Source of the DNA: the human T2T-CHM13v2.0 reference genome, Homo sapiens
Strand: one strand, 5' to 3'
DNA length: 64,000 nt
Assembly: GCF_009914755.1 (NCBI RefSeq)
Contig: NC_060928.1
The translations under genes were made by a program, and so were the position numbers. Below, piece by piece: positions 30,034 to 45,100 of this stretch. The notes beneath the pieces were generated by a model. It ran no database searches, was not told the DNA's origin, and was given only the letters and a program-made list of their open reading frames with translations. Position 1 is the first letter of the stretch, and each line of letters starts with the position of its first letter.

Positions 30034-30242
30034 CCAAACATTGTATGTTCTCACTCATAAGCGCGAGCTAAGCTATGAGGATGCAAAGGCATAAAAATGA
30101 CACAGTGGACTTTGGGGACTCAGGAGAAAAGGGTGGGAAGGGGGTGAGGGCTAAAAGACTACAAAATGGGTGCAGTGTATACTGCTTGGGTGATGGGTGC
30201 ACCAAAATCTCACAAATCTCCACTGAAGAACGTATTCCTGTT

Positions 30243-30551
<309 letters not shown>

Positions 30552-31816
30552 TCATGTAACCAAAACCACCTGTTCCCCAATAACCTATGGAAATAAAAAA
30601 ATTAATAAATCACATACAGTAAGATGCAAGAGAGAAACAAAGAATTAAAGATGGAATTTTTAATTAAAAGAGAAGCAGAATGTAAAAAATTGTAAAATTT
30701 GCAGCCTGGCCATGAAAAGAGTAAAAAACTGTGTTAAGGAGAAGAAACAAGGGTGTAGCCATCCATCATTTGCTAAAGAGATTCGTATGGACAAAAGGTA
30801 TCATGAACACAAAGGGAGAATAGCACCAAAGGCATTACAGAGAACTTTGATGGTGCTACTTTTATGACAGGCCCATGCTATAGGAGGGCAGAATGGTTTT
30901 GGAGATGAACCCAGGGCACCTTCTACAAGCTCATTGCCCAGATCTGCGATGGTCATCTGTACTCTGCCATTCCAGTGCAATGCTTCTTGACCAGCCTAGC
31001 CACGCTCAAGTGGCCCCAGGTGTGGCTTGGCCTGCCACACTGGAAGGTACAAGTTGGCAGTGACCATATGGTGCTAATTCTGCAAGCTCACATCATGTAA
31101 GAGCTGTAAAGGCATGATGATCTTCACCTCCATCACTACTTAGGAGCCCAGGCAGACCTCCTCACAGGGGAAGAGCCACTTCACACAGCCCCCACTAGGA
31201 AAATGCCCAGCAAAAACACAGGAGTGAAGCCACTCTAGAGAATCCTCACTTGAGCAATGCCTAGTGAAGCCATGAAGGTGGGGTCACCTTGAAAACCCTA
31301 GAACTGTAGAGTTACCATCATGCAGCTTCATTCTGGGAAAGCTGCAGACAGGAAACTCCACCACTTGAAAGCTGCTGTGTGGACTGAGGCCTGCAAAGCC
31401 AAAGGAGTGGGGCTGCCTGAGGCCTTGGGGGATGCAGGATGCGGAGTCAAACGTCATTATTCTTCAGATTTATAACTGATTTTTTTTCCCTGTTGGGTTT
31501 TGACTTACTTGGCAGTAGTTACCCATCTTTTCTCACCTATTTATTTTATTTTCAAATGGGAATGCCTCTCCTTTGCCTGTCCCACCATTGTATTTTGGAA
31601 GTAAATAACTTGTTTTGATTTTACAGACTTAAAGCTGGAGGAAATTTGCCTCAGAATGAATCATGCCTTGAGTCTCACCCATTTCTGATTCAGATGAGAC
31701 TCTACTTCTAAATTTTAAATTGGTGCTGGAAGGAATTAAGACCTTTGGGGCTATTGGAATAGAATGAATGTAATTTGTATGTGAGAATGATGAGTTTTGA
31801 GAGGGCAGGGGTAGAA

Positions 31817-32187
31817 TGCTACTGTTAGAATGTCACCTTCAAAATGCGTGTTTAAATATAATTGCCATTGTGATGAAATTAAGAGGCAGAACTGTTAAGA
31901 AATTATTAGGCCATCAGGGTTTTTCTCTCATGAATGGATTAATGCTGGCATCATCGGTGTGAGTTAGAAATCTTGGGAGTGATAAAAGGTTGGCCCTATT
32001 TTTTCTCTGTTTTGGGAATTCACTTGCTCTTCTGCCTTCTGCCGTGGGTGACACGGCACAAAGGCCCTTAGCAGATGCTGGTGCTATGTCCCTAGACTTC
32101 CTACAACCACAAGCCAAATAAATTTCTGTTCATTATAAATTACCGAGTCTTGTTATTCTGTAATAGCAGCACAAAACAAAGACAGAC
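31817..32187 (+). mobile_element. MST (MSTC-like) 3' LTR
   Basis: Follows the polypurine tract; tgctactgttagaatgtc...catgaatggattaatgc...aataaatttctgttcattataaattacc. Confidence 0.85.
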
Positions 32188-33468
32188 CCCACAAATCTCC
32201 CTTAGGGACCTCACTGTATTGGACAAGTGTGACACATCCAACATGGGAGGAAGGGAGCTGGGCAACAGCCTCAACAGCCTAGAACATTCTCTGCTTCATC
32301 TGAGCCTGACTACTTGCATCCATGAAATTATTTAGTAAAGAGATATTGAGTAGAATATCAGTGAGTGAGATTTATGCTACTCGGATTTGACAATCTGATC
32401 CTGTTTGATAGCTTAGTTATCTTACCTGGAGAATGTCTGACTTCACTTAGGTAATGATATATTTCTTTTTAATAATTTGCTTATGAACATGAAGAACCAA
32501 AATGTACACTGAAATAAAAACTTAAAATTGAGGAAGATTATTGAGAGTTCCTGATAGAATTTAACCTTAAAGGAAAATTTAAATTTATTAGTAGGTTTCT
32601 AACTCTGCTATTTGTTCTTCATAATGGCCATAATCAGAAGAGACCTATTCCATGTAAATTCCATCAGCATGCTACAATGTGAGGAGCATATCTTACATTT
32701 CTAGAGTGCTTAAACTCTGTAGTATATATTTATTCACACTAAATGGAATAGAAGTTAATATGCAGAGACATAATTTAAAGTGATGCCTGAATTTAAAGTT
32801 TCTGTAATTTCAAATGTAGTAACCCTGGGTTGAAATACAAAGATGTATTTTTCCAAGGTACATATCTATGCGGTACGATTTTATTGATAAGAATTATGTA
32901 AATTCTGCAAAAATCTTTATAGATGGAATCATTTCCTTAAGTAATATCTGTGATGCTTGTTCCTTTCAATTATGTTGTCAGTTGGGTTCATCAACTAATA
33001 CTTGTATAGCCGTTGAACTAGTATTATAGTCCTAAAATTAATATTTATGATTTTCAATTCATGATATTGAACATTATTTAGAGCCCTTTTCCTCCACACA
33101 TTCTTTGCTCTAGTTCTAGAATAATTAAGCTATATTCCCCTTTCAACTCCTTATGTTGCAGTTTTCCATTTGATTGCATGTACTTTAACCTTAAGTTAAT
33201 TTTCTATAGTATAAGAAACATGTTGTATAATTGGCTTTATTGAAGCAAACTGATTTGGGTCAGTAAAAAGCTCTCAAAAAATGTGTTATAAGAAGGAATA
33301 ATAATTATTTATTTCTGTAGAAAAAATGTCATGGAGAAAGTTAACATTATAGTTAAGTATATTTGAACTATGATTTCTGCATGTTTTTTCTCCAAAACAC
33401 CAAGATACATACCTACATTCACATGCATTCAAGCAAACATTTTCTCATAGTCTTATTTTTTTTAAAGT

Positions 33469-33493
<25 letters not shown>
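33469..33493. repeat. (AC)n microsatellite
   Basis: Direct reading. Confidence 0.9.
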
Positions 33494-33501
<8 letters not shown>

Positions 33502-34809
33502 TACGTTGTGATTTCTGTGAAACTCAGATTATACACATGTATTTATGTATGTGTATAATTTAATTTTCAAAGAAATCACAGTTAAAGAAAAAAGCAATAA
33601 TATTGACTCACCATTTCTGTAATTTACTCTCCAGTTCCCTGGTGCCAGCAGCATTAAATTCCAGATGTAGGAGACTTGTCTTTTTTTGCTCAACATTTCC
33701 CCATCATTTTTCTTTTTTTGGCGGGGGGGTTGCGGGGGCTGGGGGGAATTGACTGAGAATTTGCCTCAGAGAGATAGGCAGGCACAGCATTGTGAAGGTT
33801 ATTGTACAGCATAGGAGCTTTCAGATAAAAGAGCTACTGAAGAGTTTCATGTAGGACTTTAGGTAGGATTTGTCTGATTTGTATTTTAATAGATATTTCT
33901 GATAGTTTTATGGGAGATGAACCTTGAGAAAATCAAAGTAGAATCACGTAAAAGGCTACAACTTGCATTTGAAGAAAGAAGAATGATGGCTTCTGTTCTC
34001 TCTGCTGACTTCCGTAATTCCAGAGTCTAGTTGCTGTTTAACTCCCAGCTTGGGATGATAGAAAAAAGAAGTAACCTGGCTGGTGGTTGAAGTTGACACC
34101 TTATCTATTGGAGTGTTCATGGGTTCTTTGAAGTTTATCAGCACTGTGGATCCCCATGATATTCTCAGGATACATTTCTGCATGCTTTGTACGTAAGTTA
34201 TTGTGTGTCGCTGCTTGACCACTCCTCCTTAGTGAACTTCACAGGTGGGCAACACCACGCATATGTTGGAGTCTTTACATGCTCCCACACATTCCCCTTG
34301 AACAGGACTTCATACCGTCTGGGATGGAAGACAGAATTTGGCTCTCAGCCTCTCTATTAAAACAGTTTGCCAACCCATGCATTGATTTCTAGATTTCTGG
34401 GTGAGATCATTGTATCTCAACACTTATGGAGTGTATATAACACATACCAAGCTCTCTGGGCTATCTCTTTGAAGTTCAGTCACTGTATATTTGAGGTGAT
34501 AAAGACGACAGCTTACATCCTACCTTCTCCTTAGAAAGAGACTAGGGATTCACAGGATTTATTTTAGAATAAATTTTCTCAAACTGGTCTCTTGATCTTT
34601 TTTATACACTCATAAAAAGTGAGAAGTTTTAAATAACACAGATACAAATTTTGTTTATTTCCTTGGAAGATCCTTTATATCCTAATTGATTTTGTAATTT
34701 CATACGTACTGTATTTTGGTATCCTGTTGGAAACTTAAATTTTAATATCATGTTAAAACACCATTTTGAGCATTGAACTTCTTTGGTAAGCATGTTATAA
34801 GAGTTTCAC

Positions 34810-35109
34810 GGCCACGAGCTTTGTCTTACGCCTGTAATCCCTGCACTTTGGGAGGCCAAGGCGGGCAGATCACCTGAGATCAGGAGTTTGAAACCAGCCT
34901 GACCAACATGGAAAAACCCCATCTCTAATAAAAATACAAAAATAGCTGGGCGTGGTGGTGCATGCCTATAATCCCAGCTACTCGAGAGGTTGAGGCAGGA
35001 GAATCTCTTGAACCCAGCAGGTGGAGTTTGCGATGAGGAGAGATTCACCGATTCACCATTACACTCCAGCCTGGGCAATAAGAGTAAAACTCCGTCTAAA
35101 AAAAAAAAA
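34810..35109 (+). mobile_element. AluSp/Sq-like element
   Basis: Full dimer with ctgaccaacatgg and gggcaataagagtaaaactcc; internal 8-nt duplication gattcaccgattcacc. Confidence 0.93.
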
Positions 35110-35851
35110 GAATGATCCTGAGTGGAAGAAATTATTAGCTCAACGATTCCTATGAATGTACTTGTAGTAGAGAAGGATAGAATGGTATACATTCAAGGAG
35201 GTATTTAAGAGATATAATCAGTGATAACTCTTGATTAGATGTTGGAAGTGATGGAGACAATCAGACAACTCTTAGGATTCTTACCACGAATGTCTGGTTG
35301 TATCAATTTGCTATCAAATAATAAACAGGATAAACACTCTTAACAAGGGGCAGGGTTCATGGAAACACTTTGGACAGAAACTTCCAGGAGATGATGTCTG
35401 TATTAAAATATGAATGCCCGGAAAGAAATATGTGTACATATATCGATTTAGGATACTTTAACATACATGTGATTGCTGAAACTCTGTCTGTTGATTAGCT
35501 TCCCTAATATGAAAATGTAGAATAAGAAATAAAAATGGGCTGAGCTGGCCCTAGAGGTAGCAACAAAATTCCTGGAGAAGAATACCAAATTAGAAGAGAA
35601 TACCAAAAAAAAAAAAATGTATATTAATCAAAGAAAGAGAGGAGCTACAGTAAAACAAGAGGACTGTTGTACATTTGAATTTGTGAAAATAGCAAGTTGC
35701 AGGAGAGTGTCACTAGATGTATGGCAATATAATAAAAATTGAAAAGACTAATTATGAATAGGAATTAGTAGGTATTTGGAGCACTTAGCAAGAACACTTT
35801 TATTATAAAAATGTGGTAGAAGCCAGATTACATTGGGTGAGAACTGAACAT

Positions 35852-36140
35852 TGCATTAGTTAAGATCCTCACAGGAAGCATGCCACATTAAAATTAGATA
35901 ACTAGAGGCAAATTTAATAAACGGATGATTTACAAAAGTGATGGCAGGGAGTAGAAAAACCACAAAGGATAATACAGTAGCTAAGAGCCTAAAGGCAGGA
36001 CTCTATTACTGCTCCAAAACTAAGGTGACAAGGAGGGAGTGTTTACCAGAATTGGAAGAAAAATAATTCTATGTAGAAAGGGTCACTTGAAAAAAGTGAG
36101 AGCTTCAGTCAAGAAACTTAGTCAGGGTGCAGCAATCCCA
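35852..36140 (-). mobile_element. Ancient ERVL/MaLR-type LTR fragment
   Basis: tgcattagttaagatcc...aatttaataaacgg...tttacaaaagtgatggcagggagtagaaaaaccacaaaggat; family not resolved. Confidence 0.5.
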
Positions 36141-39100
36141 GGGGGAAATATGTCATTATCACACTTTCAAATCAAGGGTAGATTACTGTTTAAAGAAGTA
36201 TCAGTAAGGAGGAGAAGAAAAGAACAGCTGCAACCAGAAAGGGATGTGAGGTCAAAGAAGGGTTTTTAAGATGAATAAGCAGTGAGCATGTTAATAGGGT
36301 GTGAAGATTGCCTTAGAGAAGGAGCGGTTGAAAAATAGAGCAGCCAGAGCTGTTCACTAATATCATAGGAGAGAGAGATGGGATTGTGGCACAGGTTAAG
36401 GCATTGGTTTTAAACAGCAAAAGGGACTCTTCTTCCTCTCTCATTTTAGGGAATAGATTTATGATTTGCTGACTAAGTAAGTCTAGATTGGAACCAGAAA
36501 AAAGTTTCTTGTCCTCTCAGGTAGCTCTGATGAGACTGGGCCAGGTTCTACCTAGAAGTTGACTTCTAATTTGACATCTAGGATAAAGTAGGGATTGGGA
36601 GAGAAAGGAAGGAGTAAGCCTAACTTTTTTTAGTTTATGATGTGGGGGCCGTTAGAAGACAATGGAATAGGTTGAGGTTCATACAGGCTGTTTGCCAGAT
36701 GCTCAAATGAGGAGCTAGAAACACCTCAAATGCCCATGGTGGTAAAGGAGTGATGTTTGGAGGCACAGTAAAGCAGGAGGATCCCAAACTTCCCTACTGG
36801 ACCAGTCATATTTAGCTACAGAGAGAACTATAGAGAAAATAGTGTTCCTAAGAGATCTAGTTTTCAGTTAAGGCACAAGATAGGATAAAAGGATTTTGCA
36901 GAAAGGTTGACAGTGTATGCAAGTTGGTTTCAGAGAATTCAGGGAAAAAGTTTGTAGCTGAGAATGGGGCATAATTTTGTGATAAACCAGGAATGAAAGA
37001 GCATAAAGTATGCTTAGTTAAATTATTTTCTTTCAACACAAAGAAGTCAATATATTTTACCTTATTGTGTAATTTTGTTATTACTGTTTTATGCTATGCA
37101 ATGAAGAGGAACAATGAAAAAGGAAGATTCCTGTGTGAGAATTCATGAGCTACAGTGTTGAAAACAAGAAGTTTGAATGCTTATAAATGGATAGAGAAAC
37201 AGAAACAATAGGTTTGTGAAAATATATTAGGTTTGTGAAAATATTCTGGCTTGTCTACCAGCAAGCCAGAAGACATCAGGGATGCTTTTCTAACACAAAT
37301 TACAACATAAAAATATACAAAATGTGGTGTGATTAGAAGTGGTATCCATTTGAATGTATATTATAATTTTTATTCTGTTAATACTGAGCATCTAAAAAGT
37401 TCATAACAGTATTTTCAGACTATTGTCTTACTCAGAAGAAAGAAATAATAAGAGAAACTGCCAGTTTGAACTTAATTCTCACCCACACAAAAATGCTTCT
37501 TTGTAATGTCATCTTGACAGGAACCATAAGTCACAGCAACTGGGTCATCCTGAATTATCTAACAGAGAAAGAAGGGAAGTCTTACAGGCAAGTCAGACTT
37601 TTGGGAAGAAATATAATAAAACAGAAACTTTTTTTATTATCCCATGGTGAAACTGAAATGTCAACTCAAAAGGGAGGAAGAATGTTAAAAATATAATACT
37701 GATCATATAAGTGTGTAATCACAATAAAATTTTTAAAGAGAGATAGGAAAAACAAATTCAGTTTGGCAGAGAGTTTGCCAAAGACCTTAAAATTTTAAAC
37801 ATGTGTATGAGATAAAAGGAAGAACACGTTACTGGGGATGAAGACAAAACTGCATCATGTTCTATCGAGAATAGTGTTACAATGAGATAAGTATTGGGCC
37901 TCAACTTTAATCTAGAAATGGTAGTTAATTCAGAAAAGAGTTACAAGAACACCTCAAAATCTTAATATCACACCCTGTAAACAACTGTAGCCAATATAAC
38001 TAGTTGAATTCATTATTTCTCTTACAATGTCATCACCCCATCTATATTATCTCCTGCTTCTCTAATACTCTTTGATAGCTCATAACTTTTCTGTTCATTG
38101 TCATTGTTAGAACAGTTTAATTTTCAGGGATTAAAAGAAATGTATTCCCTTTAAAAACTGATTTGATCGCCTATCTGATTTAATACACATCTTCAACTCC
38201 CCAGCCCAGATTTAACTTGGTGATGAGAGAAAGGGGAGTGGTCTGTTCATTTGTTATTCCTCTACCTGTTGTTGTTGTTGTCATTGTTGTTTTTAATGCC
38301 TCCTGCTCCAGACATGTTGCTCTGGCTTTTCCATTGTTCAGAGGATAGATGAGTGGGAAAGGAATAATGCCTGGCTTGAGTAAAGGAGATCAATTGCTGA
38401 GATCAATTCACTGCTTGAGTGGAATTTTTGCAAGGTGAATATAGCTTGTGCCATCCACTCTGAAAGTGCAGACTCTTCCCAGTAATGCCCTCTCTTCACT
38501 CTGGTGTAGAGTACTGCCTGACCAACCTCATCCCCTGGGATTATTCCAAGTAAGAGTAAGCCACCAGTCTTCTTCTCTCTGAACTCCAGGGAACTCTGTT
38601 CAAGTTCTCCTAAGAAATCTTTCTCTACCCACACTCAGGTTCCATGCTAGCTCTGGGACTCACTAAACTCCCTCATGTAGTTTAAAGTATGCAAGCTTAA
38701 AGTAGAAATCACCTTTCTCTCCAAACAGAAGAGAGTGAAAAGTTGTCCTAGTAATTATATGCAAAAATGAATCTTTACTCTGGAGCTTCCTTAGATTTTT
38801 TTCTTCCCTTTTATAAACTAGAATTAAGAAAGGGGCCAAGAGTCTATCTGCCATCCAACACCTACTCTTTTTGGGATGTGTCAGCATCTAATGCCATGGT
38901 CTTCAACAAAAAAGGAAAAGTCCCATGGAACATTCTGTTATATTTGTTATTCTGAATAAAGCTTAATGTTTACTGTGGCTAGAGGTTACTGAAGACCAGG
39001 GCATCAGAAACATATTTTTTCCTAATTACAGAAAGCAGAATCAAGACCCACCGCCCCCTCCAACTGGCAATATAAAATGAGAGTTCTATCTATCATAAAA

Positions 39101-40155
39101 TTATGAGCTCTTCTTCTCTGGAAACTTTAAAATTGATTTTGGAACTAATTAATGACTTTGCAGAAACAAATCACATTTAAGCACACATGATGTTCTGTAG
39201 AACCACAAGGTGCTGATGTGAAGCTATATAAGCTGCTTCCTAGTCTTCAGGAAAAATTCTAATTCTCTAAATAAAAATTAAAATGACCCCAAGAAACAAT
39301 CCGAAAAACGGTAATAGTCAGCAATAACATTGACTACATTTGTACTTTTATTATCTCTCTTTTAATTTAGTTTTTCAGTGGAATCATGATTTTTATGTAA
39401 GAACTAATCTCCATTTTTGTTTATTTGAATACTTTCTCTGATAGCTTAATTACATAAAATTATATTAAGAGGTTACTCTATGTAACTAGACTCATTTGAG
39501 AAGCTTCAGGGTAAAAGCTAAATCCTCATTCATTCAGAAACCAAAAAAGAAGAGATAATAATGCCTGTCCCACATTTGAAAGAACTGAGCATTTTCTCTT
39601 CTTTGCACTGCCTGCCTCAAAAATTAGAGCTAAAATTGTATTAGATTATATAATTAAATAATAGAGTAATGCATAGTTTCCATTGTAATCTTCATGAAAT
39701 TACCTCAGTTGTATTACATATTATCTATCACAGTCACATTTATTACTGTCTTCTGACCAAAGCTTAGGTCCTTGCAAGAGCTTTTGGTAGGTAATAGTTG
39801 TTGCTGATGTTATAGAAGTTTGAGGTTTGGTCAAAAATAATGAAATTCATTAGTTGGAAGATGACTAATGATGTGTTTTGAGTTTCCCAAGACATACTGT
39901 TTTGTTCACCAACTTTCATAACTTGTTCCTCTATAAATACTGCTAATTTTATAAGCAAACATGTTGATTCCTTTGAATTCGTATGTTTTTGATTACTAAT
40001 AAGGTATTAGTAGTAGTATCTTTCACCAATGTCTATTTACCACTAATATTTTATCTTTTATTTTTGTCTGATTACTTTGTCAATTTATCTATAGAACTCT
40101 AAAGGGGCTTAAATTTTGATAATCTGTCAATTAAGTTTATTTTGAATGCAAAAAT

Positions 40156-40161
40156 TATATA

Positions 40162-40191
<30 letters not shown>
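40156..40191. repeat. (TA)n microsatellite at an Alu tail
   Basis: Direct reading. Confidence 0.9.
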
Positions 40192-40207
<16 letters not shown>

Positions 40208-40452
40208 GAAACAGGGTCTCACTCTTTTGCCCAGGCTGGAGTGCAGAAGTGTGATCATGGCTCACTGCAGCACTGATCTCCCAGGCTCAAGCATTCAGCC
40301 TCCCGAGTAGCGAGGACTAAAGGCTAATTTTTGTAGAAACAAGATTTTGCCATGTTGCCCAAGCTGGTCTCAAATTCCTGGGCTCAAGTGATCTGCCCAC
40401 CTCCACCTCTCAAAGTGCTGGGATTACAGGTGTGAGCCACCCTGCGTAGTCC
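40192..40452 (-). mobile_element. AluJ with internal deletions
   Basis: poly(T), gaaacagggtctcactc...gatcatggctcactgcagc...gggctcaagtgatctgccc...gattacaggtgtgagccac. Confidence 0.9.
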
Positions 40453-40997
40453 TGCTATTAATTTTTAAGTAGTTAATTGTGTCTTCAATTTTTATAAAAC
40501 TTATTTATTCATAATATTGATTAAAATGTTTTCTTTTACATTTTTTATTTTAATATTTAACTTTTTGATCTATCTATAATTTATTTGATTAATTGTGTGG
40601 AGTAAGAGCTCTCATTTGATTTTTCCCCAAAACCAATTTTATTTATTTAATAATACAGAATTTACCCATCAGTTAGGGTTACAACATTTATTATTCATTA
40701 AGTGAATAGTCATTAGTGACAAAGGTATAGAAAGACTGCACAATATAAACCATTAGTGGCAGGTTGGTTGTTCAGTCTTTTTGAATAACATTTGAACGAT
40801 GTTTATCAAGCATTTAAAAATTTTATTTCTTCTGTAATAAAAAAACATACTTCTTAAAAGCTAGTTTAGAATTAACATAAATTACAAAAAGATTATTCTC
40901 AATATGCTAGCTGCAGAATTACTTAAAAGTTTTGACAGTTTTAAACAACTTAAAGACTCAATATTAAAAGAAATTAATTGTATTTTGACACTATCAA

Positions 40998-41509
40998 TGT
41001 TTATCGTATTTTGATCCTAAAATCAATGTTTAATATTATGTGCTGTGTTGACATCTGGTGAAACAGTAAAAGCCTCAAATGCCCTAACCACAAGTTCCTC
41101 TCCTCACTTTGCTCCAGAGGATAAGGTCCCTAGCCAAAAATCCTCCTTCTTATGGGGACCACACTCGGATCCTGCTTATTCTTGAGTAGTAGCAGGTTCA
41201 CATTTCCTGCTGGCTCAAAAAAATATTCAAACATGTTAATTACATTCTCTGAAGGCACCAGTGGAAATACAGATTCCTCCTGAGACATCCACTGGTTGTT
41301 TACTCTGTCCCAAGTGCAGCCCCCATCTGCCCTGCTAGCCGATGCCGTGTCCTCCTTCCTCCTTCCACTTGCTGTAGGTATTATTTGACCAGTACATTGC
41401 CATTGATCTCATCTGTCAGTGTCAGGAATTGTGTGTTTGACTATCCTCACAAACTTAGGGGCAAGAATACTTCCCTTAGCAATGAGGGGAATAAGAGGTG
41501 ATTACAACA
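40998..41509 (+). mobile_element. MER73/MER74-family ERVL LTR
   Basis: tg...ggataaggtccctagccaaa...gatctcatctgtcagtgtc...gaggtgattacaaca. Confidence 0.7.
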
Positions 41510-41679
41510 ATAATAAAATATTATAATAATTAATAAACATTTACAACAATTTGAGTCACATTTGAAGTGCCTGTTATAACATTAAGTTTAAATATGTAGG
41601 AATCAAAATTCTATTGCTTTAAAGATATATGTTTACCTTAATCTGGGAGAAAGTATACTAAAAATATTCATTTTGTTGA

Positions 41680-42110
41680 TGTGGAAGCCATGAAAATGTG
41701 GTGTTCTAATCTTTTATAGGGAGTGACATTGGTTGATGACCCCAAGCATGGCCCCCGCCTTGATCCATCACTGCTTTTGCACCAAATGCTCCCTCAGCCT
41801 GCTCCAACCTGATTACTGACCATGGCAGTAATAATAAAGATTATTTCTTTAAGATGCATGACTATTTCAATAGGTGTCTTTATTTCAAGGATTTATCGTC
41901 AGCCTCGTCTAAACTTTCTTAGAATTGTATTGCAATCTGAAACTCTTCCTATCTATCCTCCTTTCTTCTTCCTCTCTTTTACAGAAGTCAGAAGAGCCTT
42001 ACAACCTGAAAGCTCATTCCACCTTCTCCATCTTCTCCCCCAATCAATAAATTTCTTGCATGTCTAATACCAACTTTACATCTGTTCCTTAGTGTACCCA
42101 AACTAACACA
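41680..42110 (+). mobile_element. LTR16A-like solo LTR
   Basis: tgtggaagccatg...aaactttcttagaattg...aataaatttcttgcatgtctaat...aactaacaca. Confidence 0.8.
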
Positions 42111-45100
42111 ATTTTTCCAAAATCTTTATATTCAATTGCAGAACATAGTAAAACTATAACTCATCATTTTATAATTTCATTTGCTTGCAACTTTCATTTG
42201 TTTAACATAAATTTAATGTCATCCTATTAAGTGATAGGTCTATACCATCAAAAGACTTATGCATTTCCGGTAGAAACAAGATTGGTTATAACTTAAACAA
42301 TAAGAATATGCAAATAATAGTAATAAAACAATAATGCAAGAAATTGCATCAGATAGAATTTCATTATGTGACTGAAAAGAACAGAAAACAAGCGCTATAA
42401 ATTGTGGAAAGATATATCTTATAGTTGAAGTAGTGGGTAAAGTCTATGTGATCATAGGATTGGAGTTCATTCTTCAAAGTTAAATAACATAGAGAAACAC
42501 TATGAATGGCAGAGGTTTTACAGACAAGGGGAAGTAGGAATAATAAAAAAAGGCAGCAGAAGAAATGTGTTTTAAGAGTAATGAATAGCAAATTGTGGAA
42601 ACATAATTTGTAATCTCCCTTAATGTTAAATATTAAAATACATGCTGTGTTATTTAAAACATAGCGACATGTTTTTAGTTTTAAGAGAACATAATGCAAT
42701 CTGTATTCAGTTGACTTTTATTCTATATGTGTACCTATATGACTACGAGTTGAAGAGTCAGAACATCTAACTTAAGGTTATGTGCATTATGAATGTTTAA
42801 ACATAGTGAATATATCCATCACATATGAGATAGAAGTGCCATGTTGATTTCTACTTCTTCCTTTCTTGGCTGCATACCAAGGATGTTAGTAAAACATATA
42901 ATTCATTATATGAAAGTCAATTATAGAATTGTATTTACAATGAAAAATGTCATTACCAGTAAAAATACAGAAAGATAATGAGAGCATAACTTGAATTTAT
43001 CTTTTATCACTTCATGCAGGACAAGATAATAATTGGGACTCTAAGCTTTTGAGTACTTATCTTTGGAAATAAAAATTCAAATGAATAATTAGACTGCTTT
43101 CTTTGATGTTTATTAAAGCATACTTGTTTTAATAGGTAACGTAGTAACACAAAAATTATTTTTTATGTGTTTTTTTATAGCAAAAGCCTAACTTCTCAAA
43201 AGAGAAATACATTTTTATCTGGTTGGAAAATGTTTTCTAATTTGACTACTATATAATGTTTCTTAATACAGTATTGTCTGTAACAGGTATTTACATCAGT
43301 TTAAAAGAGAATCTCATTTTTCTGTTCACCTCATTATTATTATAACTAATCACTGGTTGTCATGGTTTACAGCTATTAATATGGGGATTTAATTTTTAAT
43401 ATAAATTTAATATAAACTATATATTTATATAATTTTAAGGATAATAAGTATGTGTGTGCATATATGTATATGTTAGATTCAAAACATTATAAATAACAAG
43501 GAAAACTAATAATAGTATCTATGAAGTGATTCAAAATAAATAATTTCATCTAGTCATTTCAGCAGACCAATAAATATAAAAATCTTCATGTATTCTTTCT
43601 TCCTAGGTGATAATTCTGACACAAGAGTTTAATAAATTTGCCAAGGTCATATAATGCACAGATGTCAAACCCAAATTCCACTCTGAGTTTTTTGTTGCAA
43701 GTTGAGCATCTTTTCTAAAGGTAGAGAATTATCATAAAGGCATACTTTAATGGTACATGAGTAATTTACTTCCAAAGTTCTTGACCTCAAAGTATGGTCT
43801 TAAACATAAAGATATTAAAATGAAATCATTATTCAATACTACAAAAAATTTTCAAGCATTACATTGATATTAAATAGGGAACACAATTATATAATATCCT
43901 TCAAACTTGTTTATTTTCATACTGATAATATATTTATCTGCAAATAAAATGGGTTAAATAAAAAGCACAAGTTAGTTAAAATATTTGGATAAAACATTTA
44001 AAAGAAAAATAGCTTTTTATATATTATTTTGCTTGATAAATTATGTGTTTTAATAGAGAAAAAGATGAGAGAAGGAAACAGAAATAATGTATGTGTGTGC
44101 TACAAGAGATTTCATGAAAAGAGGAACAGGATTTTATAACTAAGATCAATGAGGTTGTGATTCCAAGACCATTTCTCCTTTGTAAGGATAGTGGTCATTA
44201 ATGATTCTTCCTGAAAGAAAAAAAGATGGAGAAGAGAGAGTAATCTGCAGTCTGGTGAACATTGGTAGAGACCAGTGACCCAAGAAAACAGAGTTAAAGC
44301 AAGACAAGTCAAGGTAAATGAGCAAAATGTACCACTTGGGAAGAGAAAGAGACTGTAGATGGTATTTTAGTTGGACAGAAGATTGCTACTTTGAGTTGGC
44401 ATATGTGAATTTAATTTTGAATTGGACAGATGACTGCTAACTTGTAGATCAAAAGTTAAGTATATAAACTCAAAGTGAGCTAAGAAAGATATAATTTTAT
44501 CTCTTGACATTTCTGTCTATACATCACACAAATCCTCAGAAGCCAAATTTTAAAATTATTCTTATTATATTGTTATGTGCATGTATGTAAATATGTATGT
44601 ATCTACCTTTCTTTCCAGAATATTCTCTGTGATCAAGGACTTTTCTTTATGTATTTTCAGAGCATAAATTTAGCATCCAGAATCTTGTAAATGTTCAGCA
44701 ATTTTTTTAAATTAATGACTAAATAGTTGGTTTGAGTAACTACCAATAAAAAGCTAAGGCAGAAGGCCAAAATTAGGATCCTAGTAATTCTAGTCCATGT
44801 CAGTCATAGTCAGCAGTATTGATTCAGGTATTCAACAACATAGGCCATTGATATTATGTCCCCCTCAGTAGCCTACACTTAAATTATAGAAGAAAAAAAC
44901 TGTGAGTAAATATTTGAAAAGAGTAGCAAGAGAAAAGGAAAGTGATATGGCAAAATAACAAACTTTAAGGTAAGTTCACAGGTGAGTTCTATGTAAAATA
45001 CATGTTTTGACTATAATTGCAGCTGAAGGAAAAATCCGAAAGAGAGGATGAAAATAGAATTCAGAATATCCTCCATGGAGAATACACTGTGCATTTTGTG

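Larger units (their letters stand above)
33765..36450 (-). mobile_element. L2 relic, interrupted at ~33988-35107 and ~35852-36140
   Basis: Purine-rich antisense L2 motifs (gagctactgaagagtttc...gatttgtattttaa; gattagatgttggaag; gggatgtgaggtcaaagaagggttttt). Confidence 0.55.

Noticed and set aside
33956-34222. 88-aa minus-strand ORF as a processed-pseudogene CDS
   Set aside because: I recognised no protein in the frames I translated, and the length is compatible with chance.
34240-34380. Small hAT MITE (cacaggtgggcaac...gtttgccaacccatg)
   Set aside because: TIR similarity is weak and no 8-bp TSD is visible.
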